Positions 1 to 11,791 of a DNA stretch of 64,000 bases are shown here, piece after piece. The translations under genes and the position numbers were made by a program. A model generated the notes under the pieces. The model saw only the letters and a list, made by a program, of their open reading frames with translations. It ran no database searches and was not told where the DNA came from. Every line of letters starts with the position of its first letter. The stretch's first letter is position 1. The DNA is from Rotaria socialis (taxonomy: Eukaryota). The stretch covers positions 62,001 to 126,000 of the forward strand of contig CAJNYD010000548.1 in the NCBI GenBank assembly GCA_905331295.1, written 5' to 3'.

Positions 1-1056
1 TACTCAATTATTATAATGAGTTACGTTTTAACTAAGGTGAAAATATGCGTGTGCGTCCATGCAATAACAGTGTGCTTTTTTGCTTCGTTTTCTTTTCTTT
101 TCTTTTTCACGGTCAACCTATTTAATAAAAAAAAAACTCAGCTCCTATTTTAGAATGTATCGGCCTTGCACAATATCGATGATAGGGTATAGCCTTCATT
201 GGAAAGATGAAATTAACGACCTCGCAAAAATTAGTAACACATTTTCTGTATCAGATTTGAAAAAAATAAGTATATGATTGTATGAAAAGGCCCAAGAATC
301 TAAGAGAAAAAAACGAAGGTCAATAAAACCAATTACCTGTCCAAGGTCTAAACTGCGTTACAGTTAATCTACCGAAATATATTAATGAAAAACATTGAGA
401 ATTGCTTTTTTGTTTTGGCATATAAATTATGACTTTTACTGCTTATGAAATTTCAATAAATAAACTTCAATTTCAGAGATGCTATATTATTATGCTACTT
501 ATTATCGATTAAAATAACATTGATATCGAAATAAACATAATGCAGTGTAAGATCGACGAGCCGGGATTGTGATTCTCAGAGCGTTTCAAAATAGATACGA
601 TCACTTCATATTTTACTTGCACTTGTCTCTACTTGTCCTTCGATGATTGCATGTAAACTATGTTTACCTGTTTCACACACAAGGTGACGACAACGGCCAC
701 AAGCATCATGTCAATCTGTTTTTGAAATGATAATAAAAATTGAAGGCCTATGATTGAGTAATCATATTGAAGCGCTAAATTCTCCTTTTCCCGTCGAATC
801 ATTCATTTTTTCTGCGTCTCGTTTTTTCTCTTCCATCAAATCATCATTGTTAAATGTACAAAAGACATCCATTCCATACGTGTTCGCAAGGCGCTCGAGC
901 GAAAATATTCTATCATTTTTCTCTTCCCCCGCTGTTTCATCTCTATCCATGCATGATCAACAAGGACTATATAAACACTGATCCATTGCCAGATTCTCTT
1001 CACTTCTTACTTTCACTTGTAAGCAATCTACTCTCATCCACAGTACAAAAGTAACG

Positions 1057-2944
1057 ATGGCTGGCTATTCATTTCAATCATCTTCTTCATCGGGAGGCGG
1101 TGCTGATAGCGCATTCCAACAAGCTGATGCAAACGGTGATGGGCGTGTCGATATCAATGAATTCCGTAACTTTCTTGGTAAGATATATTTATTGAATTCT
1201 TATTTGTGTATTAGCTAATGATAATAACTTCTATTTGTAGGTCAAAACCTCAGTGGTGGTGGCGGTGCAAGTGCAGGTGCCGGTTCGTCATACGAATCAT
1301 CAGCCTCATTTGGTTCTGGTGGTGGTGGTGGTGGTTTCGGTGCAAGTGCTGGTTCGTCATACGAATCATCAGCCTCATTTGGTGCTGGTGCCGGTGCAGG
1401 CTTTGGTGCTGATGCAGGTGCAGGTTTTGGTGCTGGAGGTTCAAGCTTCGAATCATCATCATCTGGTGGTGGTTTTGGTGCCGCTGGTGGTGCAAGTAGC
1501 TACGAATCATCTTCAAGCAGTGCTGGATTCTCTGGTGAAGCTGGAGCCGCTTTCGGATCATCAGGATCATCAGGCGTTGCTGTAACCCAATATGCTACTG
1601 ATGCTCAAGGACTCTTCAAAGATCCTAACCCACAAATCATCCGTCGTGCAGCTGTTGGTGGTGTACAAACATACACACAAAACATCAAAGTTCGATTCCT
1701 TCAACCACCACCAATACCACCACCAGGCGTAAGCGATCTTTCTATCGTTCATCATCATCTGAATCATAAATCTGACTTTTTCTTTTCATCTAACTTCTAG
1801 CCACTCATCATCAAGGAAGTACGTCCACCTCAACCACCTCCACCACCACCACTTCGTATTCGTCAACAAGCTCCACCTCTTCCAACACCACCACCTCTTG
1901 TTCTTCGTGAAAGACCACCTCAGCCACCAGCACCAGTTGGTTCTCAAACAGTCATCCGTCGTTTAGGTGCTTTACCAGTTCCACCACGATCGGTCATCAT
2001 CGAACGTCTTCCACCTCTCCCACCCAAACCACGTTAGTACTTGTGTCCATATACTTTTCTCTACAATCATATGAATACATCGATATACCATACAATTACT
2101 TTTAGGTGACATCATCATCGAACGTTGGGTTCCATATGGCGCTCAAAGTAAACGACGTACCATTGTTCAACGTGCTGCAGCCGCTGCTCAATACGCAGCA
2201 CCACGCAATGTTATCATTCAATACGAAGCAGTTCAAGTTCGTGTTGTTCGTCAATTCCAACGTCTTGGTGTTGTACAAGCTAATCCACAAGCTTATCTTC
2301 AACAATATGGTGCTCAACTTCTTGATGCAAGCACACTTGTTCAACGAGCTCGTTCAGCCGGTGTTGTCGAAGATATCGTAAGTTGATTGTCATGATAGGT
2401 GTTTTTTGTTTTGAGTTTCTTCATCGTTGTAATATTCATTTTTATAGTCTGCCCCAGCTGGTGCATCAGTTGGTTTCAGTGCTAACTCATATGGCCAAGA
2501 ATCATCGTTTGGTGTTTCATCAGGCTTGGCTGGCGGTGCTGGTGCTAGTGGCGCTGAATTTGTATCCGGAGGTGCCGGAGGTTCGGAAGCCGGTTTCGGT
2601 GGATCATCATTTGAATCATCAAACTTCTCATCAGGTGGTGGTGCTGGATTTGAAGGTGGTTTTGCTGCTGGTGGCGGTGGTGGATTCGGTGGATCATCAT
2701 TTGAATCATCAAGCTTCTCATCAGGCGGTGCTGGGGGAGCTAGTGGTGTCTTCCAACAAGTTGATGCAAGCCGTGATGGACGTTTTGATTTCAATGAATC
2801 CGGTAACTTTGTTGGTAGGCATCAATCCTTTTGCATGCAGTCAGTCATAAGGAATGATCATTAAATGTTTGTTATTAATTTTTAGGTCAAAACCTTGGTG
2901 GTGGATCAAGCCAGGAATCATACAGTTCATCGTTTTCTTATTAA
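1057..2944 (+). CDS. Gly/Ser-rich protein with terminal EF-hand motifs and a central Pro/Arg/Val/Ile-rich core (putative structural protein); 6 exons: 1057-1177, 1241-1728, 1801-2032, 2106-2377, 2448-2814, 2886-2944
   Basis: All five introns are GT-AG and the spliced frame is open from ATG 1057 to TAA 2942-2944. N-terminal EF loop DANGDGRVDINEF; core RFLQPPPIPPPGPLIIKEVRPPQPPPPPPLRIRQ...PPKPRDIIIERWVPYG; C-terminal degenerate loop DASRDGRFDFNES. Confidence 0.85.
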
Positions 2945-4258
2945 AAATTCAAAGCAAAAATCAATCATGGAGAGACTACTGTAGTGGTAATATGAAAAGA
3001 ATATTACTGTGCTTGGTGAAATGTAGTTTTGTTCTATCGTTCTTTTTTCCAAAGTACTTTTATTGTTGAAATGAATCTAGCATATCGTTACTTCTACTGT
3101 ATTGCTAATTTGTCACCATTTAGTTTTTTTTGCCATGAATTGATCTAATATAATATAAAATTAGTAGCACAAATATAATGTGTTCGTGATTTATATAAAC
3201 AGTATCCAGAGCTGACTGATTGAAGTTCATTTAAACAATCCAATGATGTTTATACATGTAGCTAGCATGTTTCCTCAAGGGGGAAAGTGCTGGCACCCAG
3301 CACAGAAAAGTGCTGCATAGGTGCTGAGGTGCTGAGGTGCTCAACAGGTGCTGAACAGGTGCCGAGATGCCAATTGATTCTTTTAGGATACCACATAGAC
3401 TAAATCACTACATTGTGATTGATTAAGAGCGCTCTCTATCAGATTCATTGTGTTACTTCAATACTAGCGAATTATTTAAGTATCCAATCAGAAATTCACT
3501 CATTTTACAAAACTGTCTAATTGTAATTCAATTTTTCTTACTTAGGAGAAACTCATTTTTGTGCTGTTTTTCAGATATAAAAAAAGAGAAGAAGTTCCGT
3601 TCTATATTTTTCAGTTACTTTACGAATTCTTATTTGTTCCATGGGATAAAATGCGTTTTTCATATTGTTTAAAGGTGGCGTGTTATCTGTAATATAGCAG
3701 TATACTAGAAGAAGTACCCAGCGTTGCCTGGAAAAGTTCACATTTAATATATGCAAACAAAACCTCATTGTACTTGAAAAGATCTAAAACGCCTAATTAG
3801 TAGGAAGAGATATATACAACTACTATTTTTATCCCGTGCCGATTTTGATTCCGAGCCTCGGACATATTCTAAGCCTCGATTCCACCTGATCTCGTTCACA
3901 ACGAATATAGAGTAATGACTTTGAAAGACGACTTCGATGTAAGGAATTCTTCGTCGTTATACATGTAGATCACAAAGACCTTAGTGGCACATATAAATTT
4001 TATGAACTTTCTATGTTTCCAAGTACATCTCGGAGTACATACTTACGTCAATTGGTTTCACTCCCGACCGGCTCCCGTCTCACTTGGTCACGGTTCGGCC
4101 CCGATTCCGTAGCTGTTTGATTCTATATTTAGAGGGAACCAATTTGAGAATTCAATTTTCTTACACCCATGCAAGAAAAACTCGCTTCTATCAAAACTCA
4201 ACACAACCGCACATCTACTTGCTCTAGAACTGCAGGTTTAGAATATCTATTGATTACC

Positions 4259-4382
4259 NNNNNNNNNNNNNNNNNNNNNNNNNNNNNNNNNNNNNNNNNN
4301 NNNNNNNNNNNNNNNNNNNNNNNNNNNNNNNNNNNNNNNNNNNNNNNNNNNNNNNNNNNNNNNNNNNNNNNNNNNNNNNNNN
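4259..4382. other. Assembly gap (N run)
   Basis: Run of N. Confidence 1.
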
Positions 4383-5468
4383 TCAAGATTACCGATGAGC
4401 CCCTGCAGCTCAGAAAAACTGGGTCTACCAAATATGTAGAGCTCAGTGACAGACAGTTTTTAGGAAACTTTCACGTTGCTACCACATTGTTCTACTGCAC
4501 AGGACTGAAAACAGTAAAGTGCATTTTGATGAAAAAATGTCATTCATCGATAGAAGATGACTCTTTTCAGTAGGAAAGCAGTAGTAATGAAAACTATCAA
4601 ATATGAAAAATTGAGCACCACTCATAACTGTATCGAACTGAATTACAAAACTAAATATGTATATACTCATTAGAGATGATCATAGGAGTGTACATTTTCT
4701 ATTAGTACCATACAAATCCCTATGCCAGTATAGATAGTATATCGACTGTAACTACACAAAACCGTTATGAAAACTTGACTTCCTATATACCATTTGATGT
4801 ATCTCAACGAGCTCTACAATACTGTATAAAAATGAAATCGATTCAAGAAAATTTTTTTATCCGGCGGGGTCCTTTGATTGGTTGCAAAGAAAGATCACTT
4901 ATTCGAAATTCCTACCGCAGATGATTTCTAAAGAATCAGTTTCTCCAAAACTTTATGTGTATTTGGCATGGTCCATCTAATTAAGCAACGGATCGTCTAG
5001 TAAGGTATTACGCTCGATAGATTTCCGATTCATAATGCCCATCTTACGATCATTCAGTGACTCGTTTACTCAAAAACTCCGTGTCTGTTGATTTTGGACT
5101 AATCATGAAGTTATCGAAGTAATTGGCCCCAGATTCGACCTCGTCACCCTCAAAAACCTCTGGTGCCATGCTTTCTGTGTGCTCACGGAGTGTTGCTCAA
5201 TAGTACTTGTATACTACCGAATGCTGAAATCTGACTGGTCAGTCACATATGCATGTTTTTTGTGGATGGAGGAACGACTAATTTTGGGAAAAAAGAATTA
5301 CTGAACTTTTTCTGAATGAAAGAAAAATTCCTGGAAAGTTTGACTGCATTTGCTCGAACGGTGTCCAAATGCGTAATGAACAGACACACAAACATTTGTC
5401 TACATATGTGGGTGGCTCCGTGGTGTTTATACGACTTTTGTGGAAAAACTATTTTTTTAATTTTAATT

Positions 5469-6291
5469 GTCTAGTTATGGGTATTGTTGTCAAAAACGGT
5501 CTACGGTAACAGTTAAAACCTTTTTGGAACATATAAAATATGAAGAAACATAATTTTTTTAGGAACATCTCCCACACATATAAGGGTATTGTGACGGATT
5601 CCATCCATCACGACTCCATCAAGAGTGCATGTACTCATTAATCACTCTTATCATTTAATCATTAGTTTACATTTGCTTCTCTCTTTTCTTCTTCTTCACT
5701 GTTTATATTATTCGTATCAGCATTGTTACTCGAAAAAGCATTCATTCTGAATAAAAGAGAGGAACGAACAAGTCGTTCCGTCACAGGTATCTCATAATAA
5801 CTGTTAATAAAGTATTAATGATATTTTAATACCTTTTCTTGACATAGACGGCTAAAATTTTTATCTCACATATATCTAATAGAGATATTTTATTTTTGAA
5901 AGTTTTAGCTCTCTAACTAAACCTACGGGTGAAATACATCCACAAGAGTGAAATACATAAATTTTTGTACTGGAATTTTGCATATTGTTATTATGAAATT
6001 ATTTCAAAAATCGAGTTCAAAAATCGATCTTTCACCAGTAGTTTAAGCTCGAGAACTGAAACTTTCAGAAATAAAAAATCGGCATTAAATATATATGCAA
6101 TAAAACTTTCAGCTCTCTAGTTCAAGAAAAACTATGAAAAGCACCGTTAGCAATTTATTATCAGTCATTATGCAATACCCTTTGCATGCGTAGTGTTCCT
6201 AACAAATGATGTGGTTCTCCACATTTTATAGATCACAAAAGGTTTTAATTGTTATCTTAGGCCATTTTCGATGACGATACGTCTAACTAGA
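5469..6291. mobile_element. Degenerate foldback (long inverted-repeat) MITE hosting a solo LTR; ends approximate
   Basis: gtctagttatgggtattg...aaaacctttt...taggaac...aagggtat (5469-5589) is an imperfect reverse complement of ataccctt...gttccta...aaaaggttttaa...taactagac (~6175-6291); similarity continues past the LTR insertion. Confidence 0.6.
5590..5785 (+). mobile_element. Solo LTR (196 bp)
   Basis: TG...CA ends with 9-bp inverted termini tgtgacgga/tccgtcaca, perfect 5-bp TSD ggtat (5585-5589 and 5786-5790), AATAAA at ~5750. Confidence 0.85.
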
Positions 6292-7598
6292 CCGTGAAGA
6301 TAAATGAAAAACTTTCTTCCAGAATATTGGAACAGAGTTCTCTTCTTCCGCAACGTAGCAGAAGCCACACGTATTACCCATATAGATTTTTGAGATTTGC
6401 TTTATGAAATTTTAATATTTTCATGCAGTGGTTGTCAGAGAAGTAGAGTATCTTCGATATCATTGAAAATAAAAAGATCTTTTGTGAACCATTTGCACCT
6501 CATTGAATATAATTTAAGGACCAAAGAGTGTTGAAATGGTATTGGAAAAGTGCTATGGTATTTTCTATCATAAATCAGTATTTTTCTATGGCAAAAACAC
6601 CAAATCTGAATACTGTTACCCTATTGCTAAGCAACTTCTCAATTAATACTTATGTTCGAATTTTCTAATCTTCACAGCACCCATAAGTGCCGAGTAGGTG
6701 CCGAGCAGGTGCTGAGTAGGTGCTGGGCAGGTGCTGAGGTGCCAGGGTGCTGGGTGCCAGCACTTACCCCTTGATTAATATCATCCGTTCACATTGATCA
6801 TTCCGAACGTTCGAAACGATGACTTATAAGATCTTAGATAGCTTAAATCTTGTCATGATCATTGAAAAATGAAAGCCGTTTCGTTCAGGTCCCATCGAAT
6901 AACAATAAGTCATATAAATACAATGATCTAAAATGAAAATAATATAGATCAAATTAAAAGTCTTTACTGATATTGTATTAACTGAGTCTCAAAATGAGCC
7001 CCCCTGTTCGAACTGTGCTTCTACTTTTTCAGAAAAATTTCTTACCCACAGAAAAAAAAAATATGATTATAATTGATTAAAACTAGTTGTTAAAAGCCCA
7101 TTTAATTTGATTGTCGTCAGGTGTTTTCACAGTCGACACGGTTTATTATGCAGGTATATCGTAAGTTTGATATTTAAGCCTATCCAGTTAAACAAGTAGC
7201 GAAAAAGTCGATATTTTCATATTTAATGAAAATGCGCACGTTTTAACGCGCTAACAAAACATCTAAACTTTCTTCTCTTGCGCTAAATGACATGAATGAG
7301 GATTGTGACAAATAGGTTTTTCTGACTTTATAACAATCACATCAAACTCACAATCAGTTGAATCTATTTTTTGAACACTACAAGGATAATATAAAAGTCT
7401 TTTTTTTCAGTGCTGCTCACTATTTGTTTCTCTAAATCCTTTCTTCTATGACATCGGTTAGGGAACAAACAACTTCATAGAACTATAAATTCAGTAGTAG
7501 CTTTTTCTACTGATCAGCTGTTTGGCACATGCAAATATTGATAACTAAAATGCAACGCAAATATTCCAATCTATCTTGATAACACAACGTGATATTAA

Positions 7599-7792
7599 CC
7601 CTTTCAATCCCGTCATTTTCGTGCGTTCTGTATGAAAAAGAAAAAAAAGAAGTTCAATCCCTCTCTCTTGCATTCTGTCGTCACGATCAGCTGTATTTGA
7701 CTTTATTAACCACCTGTTTCTTAATGTCATCTAGATAGTTTGTACGAAGTTTAATCAAATTTATTTCACTAAAAAATTCGGAAGTGAAAGGG
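7599..7792. mobile_element. piggyBac-like MITE
   Basis: TTAA on both sides (7595-7598, 7793-7796); TIR ccctttcaatcccg vs ccctttcacttccg (12/14). Confidence 0.8.
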
Positions 7793-8683
7793 TTAACTTG
7801 TGGAGAAACACTTTCATAGGCACTACTCTGATTCACTTACCAGACCACATCACAATGCGCTCTCCTAAGTATTCATTTGCTTCGCCTAAAATACAAAAGA
7901 GAAGTTATCAATACTATTTCTTGTGTGCGAGCGTAAGCCAAATATATAGAATTTGTGAAACGAACAATCATTATGTTGATAAATGATTATCTTTCCTGAA
8001 AACATAGCAATCAGAAGTAGTTTCCAAAAAGAACCGTTGATAAGAATCTAACGAACATTTTGTTTGGACAAATTTACATTGGAATAGTTTGAAGATGTCT
8101 TTTTCGACCATAAGATTAAAACTAAATATGAAATTAGACTGTTCTTAATCTAAAATAATAGTTTTTTAGTAATTCTTACGAATATCATTCCAGTCAGAAG
8201 ATGTTACCAGTAAACTAAAAATTACAGCTGAAGCCACAAAAAATCATTCATATGACTTTTTTTAACCGATCAATGCGAAGTTACCACAACACAATCCATC
8301 TGTACAATCGCTACCGTTATTCTATTGGTCGAAAAACAACCGATTGAAAACAATATGGAGAGCGCACAAGAATGATGGCAGTAAATTACACAATTTTTTA
8401 GTCACTTCGCTTGTTTTTTTTTTTCATTATTCACTACCGGCTCCCAAGCATTCAGAACCTGCACGAATATCGACTGACTGACATTTGCAAAATAATTCCT
8501 AAAAACAATCAACCAAAAGCATCCCTACCGTATGTGTCCTTGAAGTATCGATTTGATCAATAGTGACATCCCTTCAACATTTTTTGAGATATCAGATAAG
8601 CTTTCATCGATGCAAAATTTCATAGACTATCCGAGGGTGAGTTAAGTTACTACGAAAAACATTTGTTTAGGGTGTGGGTGTGT

Positions 8684-8898
8684 CAAGGGGGAAACGGCGG
8701 ACTTTTGGACTTGAAGTTACTTTGAGCTACGTTAGGCTACTTTGACATACTTCGAAGTACTTCAAGCTACTTTAAGTCATTTATTTTCACGTACTTTTCA
8801 ACTCCACATTTACTTCAAGTTATCTGAAGTTACTTGTTCTAACTTTTTGCTACTTGATTGATACTTTGAGCTACTTGAAGTCCACTGTTTCCCCCTTG
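8684..8898. mobile_element. MITE with CAAGGGGG termini and 8-bp TSD (P- or hAT-like)
   Basis: TIR caagggggaaacggcggactt vs caagggggaaacagtggactt; TSD gggtgtgt/ggatgtgt (7/8); internal acttgaag/tactt repeats. Confidence 0.8.
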
Positions 8899-9399
8899 GG
8901 ATGTGTAGTCATGAATATGGATGACTGGAGCACACCCGTGATCACACGCCGCACTATCCCACACTTACACCCTGAGAACATTGTTGATGAATGCATTTAT
9001 AGAAAGTATTTATGGGCAGTCATATTTATTGAAAATTAATAATCACGTGTGTCAAAAAGTATCTAGGGACTGAAGATGATCAATGAATATTTGACACGAA
9101 TATTGTTTTTCATTGATTACACGTACTTCTATAATGTTTCTTTTATGAATTGTGGAATTAACTGAGCAACAACTTCGTCACCAGGATCCGTCAGTGAAAG
9201 TTGATGAACGCCTCTGTCTACAATCTGAAATTTTCACAGTTGAGATAGTTTTAAATTCCACTCTTTTGCTTCTTGCGCTGGGAATATACGATCATCTGCT
9301 CCGCGCAGAATCAATGCTGGAACATTGATTTGATCACGTTTATCACCATGGGTGGCTTCAATGTAAGAACAGGTCAAGAAACAAAATTACTCAAACTAA

Positions 9400-10269
9400 T
9401 CGACAAATGAAGCTAGACCGTTCAAAATTACAAGGTGATAAAACATTGAAGACGTACCAGAAAGAATTAGTAAACTCATATGAAGAATCAAATCAATCAT
9501 CATTGGATATCAACAACAAGTACATCAAATTCATTAATATGATAGATAAGCCATAGAGAAGCACCTAACTGTGAAAGGAAACAAAAAAACAAAAAAAAGA
9601 ATGGATGACTGATGAAATCATGAATAAAATAGATGAAAAATCTGCAGCTTATCTCAAGTGGCAAAATCATCGTGGAACATCCGAAGAAGGTAAATATAAA
9701 GGTAAGTATACAGTTTTAAGGAAAGTCGTGAAAAATATGACTGACGAACGCCAGATTGAATACTGGGATAAAGTAAGTAGTGAAACTGAAGCAGCAATCA
9801 GCCAACATTAGGGGTGACACTTTAAGTTAATTTAATATTAAGTGTTAAGTTTTAATTTAACACTTAATATTAAGTAATTAAGTAGCTAATATACACATTT
9901 TTTTATTAATATTAAATGTTAAGTAAAACTACTTAATTAACTCTCTTAATTGACTCAAATTAAAATCAACCGCCCATCCCTACCCAACATGATCCAACAA
10001 CAGCATATGCAATCATTAGAAGATTCAGAAGTGGTAAACAAAACGTCGAAAACATATCAATTCAAAACAAAAAAGGTATAATGCTTCTACGTTCTGATGA
10101 AAAGTTAGCAAGATGGTGTGAACACTTTGAGGAACTACTGAATGTAAACAATGTTGTCGGGACACATACTATCGATTGCATCTCAACACTAGAACAACAA
10201 AGATAAAACAAAACACCTACACTGGAGGAAATCCAAGAAGGCACCTGGTAATGATGAAATCACAGTTGA
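9400..10269 (+). mobile_element. Degraded non-LTR retrotransposon fragment (RTE-like region between endonuclease and RT); start approximate
   Basis: Translates as WMTDEIMNKIDEK...EYWDKVSSETEAAISQH|DPTTAYAIIRRFRSGK...LARWCEHFEELLN...TPTLEEI...PGNDEIT, resembling LINE ORF2. Interrupted by a MITE, a stop and frameshifts. Confidence 0.7.
9809..9982. mobile_element. hAT-like MITE inserted in the LINE fragment
   Basis: TAGGG...CCCTA ends; TSD gccaacat/cccaacat (7/8). Removing it plus one TSD copy restores the LINE frame (caa cat|gat cca). Confidence 0.8.
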
Positions 10270-10271
10270 TA

Positions 10272-11164
10272 AAGGTGGAGCAAACAATTCTGGGGCACTG
10301 AAGAATTTAGTCTCATTGTTCGAAATCTCATTCGAATAAAATTTCGGTGCGTATAACAAAAACATTATTCGTTAAGCTTTCAGATTATAAGACATAATCT
10401 TGACACTTTGTTTCGAATAGGAAAAAGCAAATAAAACAAAAATTGTCCAGCGGCAATAAGTCCTGGAACATTGTCGCTAGCTACAAATATTGGTCTGATA
10501 TCTCAGCCATTTTAAGACATATGAGACTGAAAATTTGTGAGCATATATGGCATGAATCATTAATACTAATCCGCGCTATAGATATTTAGTTGGTCAGGAG
10601 ATATAACCAATATTAGCTTATATTACTGCACCTCTTATAACTTCATAACCGGTGATTGTTAAGAGCCGGAAAACCAACCGTTATGTAGCCCTAGTATGTA
10701 CCTATCCACGAAAGAAATGTTATAAAGGTTGATTGAAAAATTTACAAAATGAGATTATACTTTTTTATAAACGATTTTGAATGAAACAAGTTTTCGAGAC
10801 AAATACGAAAGAGATTACAACAAACTAACGTGAAATTCTCACAGAATATAGGGTAACACCAGAGTAGTCTTTCTTCCAGTTTGAAAGAAGAAAATACTTC
10901 ATACAAAAAAGCAACTTCGAATATCAGAGTTCAATCGAGTCCTGTGATGCAAGGTTTCGATGGTTAATTTTAAATTACAAGTTAATGCTGAGTAACTTCG
11001 GTATTTTTTGTTTTTCATATCAAGAACAAAAGTTCCACAACTGTGACTGGTAATTTAGAAGTTAATCAACAATTATGTTTGTTATATGTGCAAACTTTAT
11101 GTCGATAGGATACTGAAAACTGAGATCCCATTTTTCAATGTCCCAGAACTTTTTGCCGGACCCG
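10272..11164. mobile_element. Tc1/mariner-like non-autonomous element
   Basis: Flanked by TA on both sides; imperfect ~35-bp TIR aaggtggagcaaacaattctggggcactgaagaat vs cgggtccggcaaaaagttctgggacattgaaaaat. Confidence 0.6.
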
Positions 11165-11791
11165 TATATATATGTTCCGTACACAACATCAGCAATATTG
11201 GCAATGACTTGTGAATATATGATGATTACTCATAAAGAAACATGGAGTTTTTTTCCATTTCACTAAACGAGTTGATGTTGACTATTGATGTTACTGTATA
11301 GTCAATCTTACTCATTATTTTATTATTCGTCGTATAGTTTGTTGATAGGTACATACACTCAAATATAATTAAATGCTTTTCTTTATGAAAAACATCATGT
11401 TGATACGTTGAAACGAGGTCTCCCAAATCATCATTCACTTAATGGTAGAAAATATTCGATTGAAAGTATGATGATTCATCATCGAAATGAATATCAAATA
11501 TATGATATTTTTAGCATAAATGAAGTTTTTATGAGGCAAAAAAGAAAACAAACACATTACCACGGCCCTGGCGTAAATTGCTAAAAAAACGCAAGAAAAA
11601 ACAAAATAACGAGAATGACTGACATGAATAATCGACCTTGCCTTGCGTAGGGACCAAAAGAGGCTATTACTGTTTGCTTGCAAATTACTATCGTACATTA
11701 ATAAGTGATTGCATCCAGTATCGGCAACACAGATTGGAAGTATACAATAATATTTTTTTAAATTCCATTGAACACATCTTCATCGTAAAAG

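Larger units (their letters stand above)
3276..6773. mobile_element. Non-autonomous TIR element (CAAGGGG termini, P/hAT-like) or a composite, containing nested insertions and a scaffold gap
   Basis: Left end caagggggaaagtgctggcacccagcac (3276) vs reverse complement of right end caaggggtaagtgctggcacccagcac (ending 6773). Subterminal ggtgctgag repeats at 3320-3370 and 6688-6760. Flanks (tgtttcct / attaatat) show no TSD. Confidence 0.6.

Noticed and set aside
1218..2864. His/Gln-rich, Val-rich and Pro-rich ORFs in the ORF track
   Set aside because: Mostly alternate-frame or antisense shadows of the low-complexity exons of the 1057-2944 gene.
3300..3372. Tandem ggtgctgag repeats as a CRISPR or telomeric array
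   Set aside because: No unique spacers; they are subterminal repeats next to a TIR and recur at 6688-6760.
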